From: an uncultured virus (IMG/VR IMGVR_UViG_3300046663_000194)
Lineage: Duplodnaviria; Heunggongvirae; Uroviricota; Caudoviricetes
Direction: 5' to 3' (one strand)
Length of the DNA stretch: 20,000 nucleotides
IMG/VR virus record: IMGVR_UViG_3300046663_000194
A program made the position numbers and the translations under genes. Below, one piece after another: positions 7,801-15,169 of this stretch. Numbering within the stretch: the first letter of the stretch is position 1; each line of letters starts with the position of its first letter. The notes beneath the pieces were generated by a model that saw only the letters and a list, made by a program, of their open reading frames with translations, made no database searches and had not been told where the DNA came from.

Positions 7801-7817
7801 CCCAGGAGACGACAATG
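7798..7817 (+). repeat. Truncated element B (hairpin absent)
   Basis: taacccaggagacgacaATG; shares taaccc and aggagacgacaatgaa with copy 3. Confidence 0.65.
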
Positions 7818-7988
7818 AAATATCGTTTTTATCTGGAATGCCCACGCTGCAGTCATGAGGCCGAGTTCGTGACGGACAATTACTGGCAGAAGCCGCGCTT
7901 CCAGTGCGGCGACTGCCTGATGGACCGCGTTGAAATCGTGGAAATGAAAGTGGTGACATCGGAGCAGTTGCCCACTTTCTCACAATAG
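7815..7988 (+). CDS. Zinc-ribbon-like small protein, 57 aa (not in ORF track)
   Basis: MKYRFYLECPRCSHEAEFVTDNYWQKPRFQCGDCLMDRVEIVEMKVVTSEQLPTFSQ; two CxxC pairs; SD AGGAG. Confidence 0.8.
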   Translation: MKYRFYLECPRCSHEAEFVTDNYWQKPRFQCGDCLMDRVEIVEMKVVTSEQLPTFSQ

Positions 7989-7997
7989 GAGACTAAA

Positions 7998-8183
7998 ATG
8001 GAATACCACTATAGCGATCTGAACAGCCTTGCCGACTCCTTCGAGAACGAAGCGCGCAAGCTGCGCGCTTCAATGTCGGGGAAGCCGGGTAGCAAGAAAC
8101 TGAAAGACATCGAATTGCGCGAGCGGGCGGCGGCCTTTGAGTCGGTTGCCTACACCATTCGGCACACAAAGCTTGGAGGGTGA
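7998..8183 (+). CDS. Hypothetical protein (61 aa)
   Basis: SD AGGAG; helical charged sequence; tightly packed in the operon. Confidence 0.75.
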   Translation: MEYHYSDLNSLADSFENEARKLRASMSGKPGSKKLKDIELRERAAAFESVAYTIRHTKLGG

Positions 8184-8184
8184 T

Positions 8185-8442
8185 ATGTGGAAGCTCTTTT
8201 GTCTCGTAGTCGTCGCGCCGATGTCGTTCATCCTTACCGATGTGATGATGCCGTATCACCCGCCGCTCACTTTCGAGCAGCGGTGGGAGGCGGTGCCGCA
8301 GTCCAATGTCGGCGTTAAGAAGGGCGATAGGCTCGACCGCAAGGTTGCGCCAGCGCCTAAGCCACAGCAGCGGCAGCCGACAATGGTGCCGATGCGAATT
8401 CGCGTTGCTGGCGGGTGCATATCGTTCTGTGATTATCCATGA
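8185..8442 (+). CDS. Small exported or membrane-anchored protein with KGDRL motif (85 aa)
   Basis: ATG 8185 after SD GGAGG; hydrophobic N-terminus MWKLFCLVVVAPMSFIL; KKGDRLD motif and Pro-rich tail. Confidence 0.65.
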   Translation: MWKLFCLVVVAPMSFILTDVMMPYHPPLTFEQRWEAVPQSNVGVKKGDRLDRKVAPAPKPQQRQPTMVPMRIRVAGGCISFCDYP

Positions 8443-8454
8443 TGGAGGTGGAAA

Positions 8455-8634
8455 ATGGCAAATACCAAACAGGCGCATATCATTAACATGATGAACGCTC
8501 TTCAAGACTACGTTGACGAGCGTATTTTCCACCATATCGCCCGTTACGAGCATGGACACGACCCGGATTGCGATAGATTGCTGAAGACGGCAAGCGATCT
8601 GGAAACAACGATAGAGAAGCTAATGGAGTCGTGA
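8455..8634 (+). CDS. Hypothetical protein, 59 aa (not in ORF track)
   Basis: MANTKQAHIINMMNALQDYVDERIFHHIARYEHGHDPDCDRLLKTASDLETTIEKLMES; SD GGAGGT. Confidence 0.75.
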   Translation: MANTKQAHIINMMNALQDYVDERIFHHIARYEHGHDPDCDRLLKTASDLETTIEKLMES

Positions 8635-8668
8635 CTGCGGCCTGCTGCGCCAGTGCAAGAGGAGAGGA

Positions 8669-8701
8669 GGGCCGCCCCTCGCGGGGCGGCCCCCTTTTTT
8701 T
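8669..8701 (+). terminator. Intrinsic terminator ending the rightward operon
   Basis: 10-bp stem gggccgcccc-tcgc-ggggcggccc followed by cc and T7, between convergent operons. Confidence 0.9.
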
Positions 8702-8705
8702 GCTT

Positions 8706-9224
8706 TCACTCAGGCACCCAGCCGTTTGCAAAGGCCGCAGCAGAACCGCGCTCGATCATTCCGCCCGTATCCTGAAGGCGGTCCACTTCTTCGTCTTCCA
8801 TCCCTAGCCGCCGCATAATCTCCTCCGCTGGAATTTTCATTTCATGCGCCAGCGTGCGCACAATATCCGCCATCTTTAAGACGCCATGATTTCCGCGCGC
8901 CCGATTATGCCGGATGGTAGACATCATCTGGTGCGCCGCATCGCCGGGTCGCAATCGGACTACCGGGACCAGCCCCTTAGTTAAAGCCTTTACGTCCTTG
9001 TCGGCCGAAGCGAGCACCCATCTATGAAAGCCATCTACGAGCTCACCGTCCTGGCGGGCGACTAGCGGCTGAGTCCAGCCGTCCTCTAGCAGCGACACCT
9101 TGAGCAATTCTAGTTCGGGCGGCGCAACGTGATTAGGATTATAGTTGTTGGCGCGGAGCGTGTCGGGCTTGACCCACTCGACCGCGCTGATCGGTTGCTT
9201 CTTTAGGCCCGGAATATCCACCAT
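8706..9224 (-). CDS. IbrB/YbdM-like ParB/Sulfiredoxin-fold protein
   Basis: QPISAVEWV, LRANNYNPNHVAPPELELLKVSLLEDGWTQP, VDGFHRW, STIRHNRARG, RLGMEDEEVDRL: characteristic IbrB/YbdM motifs. Confidence 0.9.
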   Translation of the reverse strand: MVDIPGLKKQPISAVEWVKPDTLRANNYNPNHVAPPELELLKVSLLEDGWTQPLVARQDGELVDGFHRWVLASADKDVKALTKGLVPVVRLRPGDAAHQMMSTIRHNRARGNHGVLKMADIVRTLAHEMKIPAEEIMRRLGMEDEEVDRLQDTGGMIERGSAAAFANGWVPE

Positions 9225-9273
9225 AGCTGCACCATTATAACCGCGAGGAGAATCAAGACCGGCCAGGGTTCTC

Positions 9274-10524
9274 TCACGTAGCGAGTTCTTTACGGTAATG
9301 CTCCCACGCTTTTTTCATCTCTGCCTCTTGCCGGAATGGCCGAACTGGTTGCTTACGGCCTTTATAGTCGCCGCGCATTGCAATCATCAACAGGAACCGC
9401 CAGGAAACACCCGTATCCGGATGCGGCACCGTTGGCGCTATAGGGTCCGAGGTCTTACCGTAGTGATTACGAACCCAGTTCTGCACCCGGCTGGCAATCT
9501 GCGAGCGGTACGGCTGTGGATGCTTAGCGATCCAGTACCGGACCCAATTAGGCCACGTAAAATTACCCGGCTTGGATGGTAGAGCGCTGAAAGCATAAAG
9601 TTCAGTCGTAGAGTAGCGCGCCGCCGTTGCGCTACCGGGAACCCGGTTACTCATCTTGTCCCAGATGTCGGGAAAACACACCGAATACATCCACAGGTTT
9701 TGCATCGGTTCCTCGCCGTAAGGTGGCGCGCAACGCTGCGCGTTGCGGGAGACACCGGCCATTTCCATCGCATCATAGGCGCGGTTGTAATCGAGCTTGA
9801 ACTGCTTGGGGTAGGTCCAGACGTCAGCCGTTGACCAGTCGTAGATCGGATAGACCTTCCAGAGATTATCCGCCCAAGGCCGCACATAGGGTCGGGTGTC
9901 CCGATGCCGATGGAGGACAGCGCGAGTCCGCGCGAGGCTCTCATTGGCCCGTATACCCATAACCATCCCTACCCGGCCGTAGTCCAAGGCATCGAATATA
10001 AGAGGTACGCTTTCGGGCATCGTAGGGCGGGCCGCGGTAGCCCTTGGGAACCCCGGCACGGCCCCTGCCGTAATAGCCTCCGGGGGTAGGGGCCTAACCC
10101 ATTTGGCCTCTACCTCCGGCCCCCAGGGATACCAGAAGGGTTCCCGCCTGGAACAGCCGTTTCGATGCTGAATGGGTAGGCAATACCAGCGTACTTCTAC
10201 CCCCGGTAGCACAGTGCAGCGGCGCACGTAATGCTCTGTATCGTAGGGAATAGCCTCCTCGTCATAGAAAAACGCTATAACCCGCTGCCCCCGCGCGCGG
10301 GCTACCTCAAGGGTCAGGTGTAGACAAACCGTCGAATCCTTGCCCCCGCTAAATGAGACTGCGAGCGTATCGAATAGCTTGTAGCAATCGTTTAGCCGTT
10401 CAAGCGCTAGGTCGAGCACGCTACGGTCAACAAGCTTTTTCTTGGCGTAGACTCCTGTCGATAGCGACTTGCTCGACTTACTATCTTGGACCAGATCATC
10501 GCCGCTGTAGCCTTCGTCGCTCAC
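9274..10524 (-). CDS. IbrA/YbdN-like PAPS-reductase-family (PP-loop) protein with DUF3440-type C-terminus
   Basis: PP-loop SFSGGKDS, DEEA, WYCLP, GIRANES, YPIYDWSTADVW, YNRAYD, QRCAPPYG. The GTG start overlaps the cupin stop (GTGA). Confidence 0.9.
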   Translation of the reverse strand: MSDEGYSGDDLVQDSKSSKSLSTGVYAKKKLVDRSVLDLALERLNDCYKLFDTLAVSFSGGKDSTVCLHLTLEVARARGQRVIAFFYDEEAIPYDTEHYVRRCTVLPGVEVRWYCLPIQHRNGCSRREPFWYPWGPEVEAKWVRPLPPEAITAGAVPGFPRATAARPTMPESVPLIFDALDYGRVGMVMGIRANESLARTRAVLHRHRDTRPYVRPWADNLWKVYPIYDWSTADVWTYPKQFKLDYNRAYDAMEMAGVSRNAQRCAPPYGEEPMQNLWMYSVCFPDIWDKMSNRVPGSATAARYSTTELYAFSALPSKPGNFTWPNWVRYWIAKHPQPYRSQIASRVQNWVRNHYGKTSDPIAPTVPHPDTGVSWRFLLMIAMRGDYKGRKQPVRPFRQEAEMKKAWEHYRKELAT

Positions 10525-11246
10525 GTTATTTCCTGCGTCCTGATACGGTCTATGTTCTTGGCCGAGACGCCGCCAACGAGAGTGCGGTTTAGCATCGGGT
10601 GTTCTTCATGCGTCGGGCCGAAGTCGGAATCCGGATGAAAGACGGTAAGCTGCATCGCACTATCGGTTGTCTCGAAAGCGTGCACGGCGTCCGGGGCCAG
10701 GATGAACATACTACCCGCGTCTAGGCTCTCGGTGCCGTCCTCTGTATGGCACAGGCCATGACCAGTGTGGATCATGCCGATACGCACGCTAGGGTGCGTA
10801 TGTTTGGTCTGTGAAATACCGACCGGAAAGTGCAGGAAATTAAAGCATGGCTCGCCGCGTAGCGGCGGCGAGATTAACAGCGTGTCCGAACAGCCGTCGA
10901 TATATTTCAGCCGCCCTTTGTCTTCCAGAAACCGGCCGACAATATTAAGGCCGAAGTAGTCATTGCGAAATGCAATAAAGCCCTTGCTCCCCTCCGAGGC
11001 AAGGATCTTGGAGCGATTGTTCTGTGGGATTGAAAAGTAGGAGTGATCGAACAACACCCGATCAAAGCGACCGTCAACCATCACCCACGTTTGTCCTTCA
11101 TGCAGATAACCGAACAGCGTACCCTTGCCATGTATCTCCAAGGATTCCATGTCACTGTTTATGCCGTAGGCGCGGCACGGAAATTCCGCATCATCGAACG
11201 CGGCCATTAGGCCATGCCGCACTGGCTCGATAGTGGCTGGCTTCAT
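10521..11246 (-). CDS. Cupin-fold protein
   Basis: C-terminal cupin motif 1 GISQTKHTHPSVRIGMIHTG and motif 2 GSMFILAPDAVHAF; GRLKYIDGCSDTLL segment; ATGA overlap with the upstream ParB gene. Confidence 0.8.
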   Translation of the reverse strand: MKPATIEPVRHGLMAAFDDAEFPCRAYGINSDMESLEIHGKGTLFGYLHEGQTWVMVDGRFDRVLFDHSYFSIPQNNRSKILASEGSKGFIAFRNDYFGLNIVGRFLEDKGRLKYIDGCSDTLLISPPLRGEPCFNFLHFPVGISQTKHTHPSVRIGMIHTGHGLCHTEDGTESLDAGSMFILAPDAVHAFETTDSAMQLTVFHPDSDFGPTHEEHPMLNRTLVGGVSAKNIDRIRTQEIT

Positions 11247-11914
11247 GTTTTCCTCTTTGTATTTTTTGCCATTCCGATTAGCGCCTCCGCAGTCGTGCGC
11301 AGCTTTAGCTTGTCACGCTCCCCGGATAGCCATGTAACTACGATGTCTCGATCCTCCGGCATCATATCAAAGCGAAGCTGTACCCCGCGCGTCCCCGGCA
11401 TGACCGCGCTACTCTGCGTCACGCTTTCAGGCTCGATCATGTCGCCCATGAAACTGCTAAGCTTGAAGCCCTCTAGCTCCTGATCGCCGAACCCTAGAAG
11501 CGGCAGATCAAAGCCAGCTATCTCAAGGTCGCGCAATTCTGCGGTAAGCTTTGGAATGTCCCACTCAGCTAATCGACCCAGTTGGTTGTCCGCCACGCGG
11601 TAGGCGCTCTTTTCCTCCACCGTCCAGCCTACCGCTACTGCTACCGGGAAGGATGCAAGACCGAGACGTTGCGCCGCTAAGAGGCGGCCATGCCCATAGA
11701 TCAACACTCCATCCTCATCGACTAGCACCGGCGCAGTCACGCCGAACCGTCGCATACTTTCTGCTAGTTGCTTGACCTGTGCATCAGTATGGCGCAGCGG
11801 GTTGCGCTCGTAGGGCTTAATCTTCTCTATAGGCCAGCGCTCGATCTTATCGACCGGCCAATCCCTAAGCGGCCCCGAATCCTTGGTCTTGATCTTGGTC
11901 GCACTCTTCGCCAT
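11243..11914 (-). CDS. ParB/Srx N-terminal domain protein (phage type)
   Basis: IKPYERNPLRH, QVKQLAESMRRFG, PVLVDEDGVLIYGHGRLLAA, AYRVADNQL...W. Confidence 0.9.
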   Translation of the reverse strand: MAKSATKIKTKDSGPLRDWPVDKIERWPIEKIKPYERNPLRHTDAQVKQLAESMRRFGVTAPVLVDEDGVLIYGHGRLLAAQRLGLASFPVAVAVGWTVEEKSAYRVADNQLGRLAEWDIPKLTAELRDLEIAGFDLPLLGFGDQELEGFKLSSFMGDMIEPESVTQSSAVMPGTRGVQLRFDMMPEDRDIVVTWLSGERDKLKLRTTAEALIGMAKNTKRKT

Positions 11915-12089
11915 TGGGCCATCCGAGTCTGCTTACCCGAACGTAATCATAGCGCCTATATTCCCCCTGGCCTAGATACACGCGAATATTTGCATATCCC
12001 TGCTGCGGGAAACTTAAAATCTGCGCCGGGACATCGTCGCCGTCTGCCAGACTATAGATAACCGCATCACCGATTCCGGGTACACTCAT
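11865..12089 (-). CDS. Hypothetical phage protein (74 aa)
   Basis: SD AAGGGAG; PGIGDAVIY...PAQI...ANIRVY small beta-rich pattern seen in phage proteins. Confidence 0.65.
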   Translation of the reverse strand: MSVPGIGDAVIYSLADGDDVPAQILSFPQQGYANIRVYLGQGEYRRYDYVRVSRLGWPNGEECDQDQDQGFGAA

Positions 12090-12267
12090 CGAGGCTCTCC
12101 CTTAATAGCTTGCGTAAGTGAGCGCGCTCCCTGCGCTTTTGCATGGGCGTGCGATAGTGCGGGCAGATATGCCCGCTCATGGTCTTGGGGAATTGCTCAA
12201 GCTGTTTGAACACGTAGGCGAGCGATTCCGCCTGCTTACCATCGGTCATATTACGAACGTTGCTCAT
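12067..12267 (-). CDS. Small basic protein (66 aa), weak resemblance to ribosomal protein bS21
   Basis: SD GAGGT; HYRTPMQKRRER resembles the bS21 HYEKPSEKR motif. The ORF is probably real; the bS21 call is weak. Confidence 0.55.
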   Translation of the reverse strand: MSNVRNMTDGKQAESLAYVFKQLEQFPKTMSGHICPHYRTPMQKRRERAHLRKLLRESLDECTRNR

Positions 12268-12655
12268 TCAAATACCTCATACCGGCAGCGGTGATCCAAT
12301 GAACCTGCTGAGAAGCACCCTTGCTCCACTTGCGCCTTACAGGATGCCCGTTAGCGCCGTCCCTATACTCAAGAAACCCGAAGTCGTGCAGCGGCGCGAA
12401 ACGCGGGCCGATGCTATCGACATTCCCGATAGTAGGATCATCGCGGAGCAAATAATCCCACACCTCGCCTTTAGTCGATCCGCTTTCTCTGCGGCTTGGT
12501 AGCCCACAACACTTGAGAACCTTCAGTTGCAGGGCATCGCACTTGACCAGCCTCGCTGCATCGTGGCTTGTCTGCGGATCACTACTGCGCGCTAGCGCAC
12601 GCGCCGGATAGTTGAATAGCGTCTCGCCTAGCGAATCTTTCATCCCGCCCATCAC
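12251..12655 (-). CDS. Phage protein with AR-x-x-DP-x-TS-x-x-AA motif and probable winged helix
   Basis: ARSSDPQTSHDAA, SIGPRFAPLHDFGFLE, VHWITAAG; SD GGAGG; GTGA overlap with the upstream gene. Confidence 0.75.
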   Translation of the reverse strand: MMGGMKDSLGETLFNYPARALARSSDPQTSHDAARLVKCDALQLKVLKCCGLPSRRESGSTKGEVWDYLLRDDPTIGNVDSIGPRFAPLHDFGFLEYRDGANGHPVRRKWSKGASQQVHWITAAGMRYLNEQRS

Positions 12656-13284
12656 ACGCCCCCTCCATTGCTAGCTTTAGCTTCCTGCTCTCGCTTGCCG
12701 TAGTAAGCCCGTAGCTCGGCATCACTTGGTGACTTCCACCCGCCGACCTTTGCACCGTGGGTATTTAAGCGAACGAAGATATAGAGCGCCACCCAAATGC
12801 CCGGTCTGTTGTTTGCATCCTCCATGTAATCGCGCGTATCGGCCTCGTCAGTTTCCGACCACGCCCTAACAATCGCATACTGCGGCGCTTCAGCGTGGAC
12901 GAAGACGTTACACCGGCATCCTGGGTAACTGTCTCGCGCTGGTATCGCTAACTTTGCCTTGCGCGATTGATGTGCCGCCTTAGCGACACGATCGCGATGC
13001 AGCGTTTCTTCGTCAAACGCCTCGCTTATCTCTTGCAGAGTCGGCGGCCACTTATAGCGTAACTGTAAGCAGTTCCAGTTGCGAACGTCCGTTAGATGCT
13101 CCACGACCGCAATATCATACTTCTCGAATAGCACCGCGCATTGTAGCGCGAACCCGTCAGAGTCGGCGAACTGATCTATCCTGTATCCCGAGCAAAGAGC
13201 CTTGCCCGCTCTCGCTATTCTCACCTGCTTCGACAGCCCTTGATAGCTTGTCCCATGCCTCGAAGATTCCGACTTTCCGACCAT
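12652..13284 (-). CDS. Phage replication-module protein (possible helicase loader/inhibitor by position)
   Basis: GYRIDQFAD, VVEHLTD, KWPPTLQEI pattern; directly follows the YdaU-like gene; ATG 13284 has SD GGAGG. Function is inferred from position only. Confidence 0.6.
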   Translation of the reverse strand: MVGKSESSRHGTSYQGLSKQVRIARAGKALCSGYRIDQFADSDGFALQCAVLFEKYDIAVVEHLTDVRNWNCLQLRYKWPPTLQEISEAFDEETLHRDRVAKAAHQSRKAKLAIPARDSYPGCRCNVFVHAEAPQYAIVRAWSETDEADTRDYMEDANNRPGIWVALYIFVRLNTHGAKVGGWKSPSDAELRAYYGKREQEAKASNGGGV

Positions 13285-13951
13285 TATAGCCTCCGTTGCG
13301 TTGACCATTGCGGTAGGCGAACTGCGCCGCCCGATCTACCCACGTTCGCCACGTCGCGTGCAGATCGGCAATCATCGTACCCTTGCTCTGGTGATAATTC
13401 CGGCAGGCGCTTGCCATGCGCTCGACCTCGCCATGACCATGACCGGCCCGATGTGCATAGGCCCGGTCCTGTTCGTCTGGATACCAATCAGCAGGCATAG
13501 GATGGCGAGTTTTACGACGACGCCCTACTGTGACTCTTTCTGAATCTTCCTTACTTGGTAGACTCTTCTTAGAGTCAGAGTCTAAGAAAGAGTCTATATA
13601 GGTCGTGTTCAGGGGTTTTAATTCCGGCTCTATAGTTTTCAACGGGTTAGCACCGTCGCCGGTTAACTGGCCGAGATTCCGGCGCTTTTCTTTTTGAAGC
13701 CGTTTCTGGCTAACTTTCTCGTCCCGTTCGATCAGTAGCGCGCGAATGGTCGGTGCTATCTTACGCCAGCGATCCAACGTCATTCTGGTAGCGTGGGAAA
13801 GGTAGCGGTCGTCCCCCGCGAGCCATCCATCCGCTGATCGCCACATAGCAATTAGTAAAAGCAAATAGGCCCCGTTCTCTGTAGTCGTCAGGTGCCCGGT
13901 ATCGGCTAGGTAGGCATCGGTGTCGAGGCACAACTTGCTAAGTACGGCCAT
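13157..13951 (-). CDS. YdaU/DUF1376-family phage replication initiator-like protein
   Basis: N-terminal DAYLADTGHLTTTENGAYLLLLIAMW...LAGDDRYL...W...VSQKRL; C-terminal MPADWYP...ATWRTWV domain; SD GGAG. Confidence 0.85.
   Translation of the reverse strand: MAVLSKLCLDTDAYLADTGHLTTTENGAYLLLLIAMWRSADGWLAGDDRYLSHATRMTLDRWRKIAPTIRALLIERDEKVSQKRLQKEKRRNLGQLTGDGANPLKTIEPELKPLNTTYIDSFLDSDSKKSLPSKEDSERVTVGRRRKTRHPMPADWYPDEQDRAYAHRAGHGHGEVERMASACRNYHQSKGTMIADLHATWRTWVDRAAQFAYRNGQRNGGYNGRKVGIFEAWDKLSRAVEAGENSESGQGSLLGIQDRSVRRL
13532..13595. promoter_or_regulatory. Candidate replication origin inside the initiator gene (inverted repeat + six GANTC sites)
   Basis: Inverted repeat agactcttcttaga (13560-13573) / tctaagaaagagtct (13581-13595); GANTC at 13532, 13542, 13561, 13572, 13578 and 13590; lower GC than flanks. 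Confidence 0.45.
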
Positions 13952-13954
13952 AAG

Positions 13955-14530
13955 CTACTCCCATGAAATACGATTGATTATCGTCGAGCCTTCATGCTCG
14001 GCATCCCAAACAAACCATGCATAAGCGGTAGAGCTAGGAGCGCGCGGGCCGGTCCAGCCGTCGCGGTGCATCATCGGCAGCCGATTGCGAAAGACGTGAA
14101 CGCGAGATAGCGCGCCTTCTAAAATATCGCTGCGCCCGGTAGCTTCGAGGAACGCCAACCGCAGCAGCATCACTACCTTTGGGCAGAGCGTTAGCGCGTG
14201 GCGCACAAATTCGTTGGCAAGCTTAAACGGCGGGTTAGTAATAATTGCGCTGCAATGCGGTGGCGCTCGTGTCTCCATAAGAAAATCGACGCCGCCTTCG
14301 TCGGGGGTAAAACCGCCGTAAGTAACGAGGTCGGTTGACCAGACACCAAACCCGGCTTGCCGTAGAACGTAGGAGATTGCGCCGCGACCACACGCTGGTT
14401 CCCAAATATTTAGCGGGAACGTCTCGACCTGCAGCAAGGCGCGGGTAGCTTCGGGCGGCGTCTCGTACAGATCGTCCTTACGATCCGCTAAGACGTGATG
14501 ACCGGCTTGTACCGATTGTTTGTTTGACAC
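13955..14530 (-). CDS. Orphan DNA amino-methyltransferase (N6-adenine type)
   Basis: DDLYETPP, SAM motif I WEPACGRG, VDFL, catalytic IITNPPF, MLLRLAFLE, YAWFVWD. GTG 14530 (SD GGGG) is preferred over TTG 14587. Confidence 0.85.
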   Translation of the reverse strand: MSNKQSVQAGHHVLADRKDDLYETPPEATRALLQVETFPLNIWEPACGRGAISYVLRQAGFGVWSTDLVTYGGFTPDEGGVDFLMETRAPPHCSAIITNPPFKLANEFVRHALTLCPKVVMLLRLAFLEATGRSDILEGALSRVHVFRNRLPMMHRDGWTGPRAPSSTAYAWFVWDAEHEGSTIINRISWE

Positions 14531-14555
14531 TGCGCAGACCCCGAAAAGAATCGCG

Positions 14556-15002
14556 CTATAATAAGCCCGGTAATAGGGTGGACTCAAGTTCTGCTACTAT
14601 CACCTGCAATGTCGGTGTTTGTCCGTAAACTTTTCGGAAGCGTGAGGCGACGACTTGCGAATCATCGCGCCATACGACCCCCTTGATCGCGTCCGCAACC
14701 ATCTTCTCTATATTATCAAAATCAGGTTTGGTTACTGGATAGAGATAGCCGGTCAGTGCGTTGTTGCGTTTCTTAATCGGCCAGCTTTTCGGCACCGGGA
14801 ACGTCGCGGTTATCAACAACTCTACCGGGCCACCAAACAACCCTATGTGTCCCATCGCGTCCTTAGCTACCGCCCGTAGTTCTTTTTCGTAGGCGCGCGT
14901 CGGCGCTGGCGTATATCCCCAGGTTTTACCGCCGTGACTTACAATTTGTGCGCGAGCCTTGCCGCGCGGCTTTCCGTCCAAGCTGAAGGATACGGAGGTC
15001 AA
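14556..15002 (-). CDS. rusA: RusA-family Holliday junction resolvase
   Basis: GKPRGKAR, YTPAPTRAYE, TKPDFDNIEKMVADAIKGVVWRDDSQVV; the TTG start overlaps the upstream stop (TTGA). Confidence 0.9.
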   Translation of the reverse strand: MTSVSFSLDGKPRGKARAQIVSHGGKTWGYTPAPTRAYEKELRAVAKDAMGHIGLFGGPVELLITATFPVPKSWPIKKRNNALTGYLYPVTKPDFDNIEKMVADAIKGVVWRDDSQVVASRFRKVYGQTPTLQVIVAELESTLLPGLL

Positions 15003-15169
15003 TGCAGCGCCGCGCTATGCGTAGACTCGTCATCGAGCATGATATGAAAGAGCAGACTAGCGGCGACATCGCCGGGTTTCATACCCATGCGCGCCGCCAG
15101 CTTGAGCAGCCATTCGGCGGTGCGCTCATCGAGTTCTACGAGGTCAGTATTGGTGTCACGATTTTTCAT
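14999..15169 (-). CDS. Small protein, 56 aa, possible ribbon-helix-helix regulator (not in ORF track)
   Basis: MKNRDTNTDLVELDERTAEWLLKLAARMGMKPGDVAASLLFHIMLDDESTHSAALH; fills the gap between the Cro-like gene and rusA and overlaps the rusA start. Confidence 0.7.
   Translation of the reverse strand: MKNRDTNTDLVELDERTAEWLLKLAARMGMKPGDVAASLLFHIMLDDESTHSAALH

Noticed and set aside
6910..7817. Element B repeats as a CRISPR array or integron attC sites
   Set aside because: Spacing is irregular, the intervening DNA is whole ORFs, there is no cas or integron integrase gene, and the attC RYYYAAC...GTTRRRY box pair is not evident.
7203..8731. Minus-strand ORFs 7203-7538, 7714-7983, 7993-8559 and 8483-8731
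   Set aside because: The + strand is fully tiled by small ORFs with strong SD sites and ends in a + strand terminator.
9274..10524. Calling the PP-loop protein a sulfate-assimilation CysH (auxiliary metabolic gene)
   Set aside because: Its length, DUF3440-type C-terminus and pairing with an IbrB-like gene indicate the IbrA/YbdN clade; the C-terminal ECGLH motif of CysH is absent.
13955..14530. Restriction-modification system
   Set aside because: No cognate restriction endonuclease is adjacent; the neighbours are RusA and the replication gene, so this is an orphan phage MTase.
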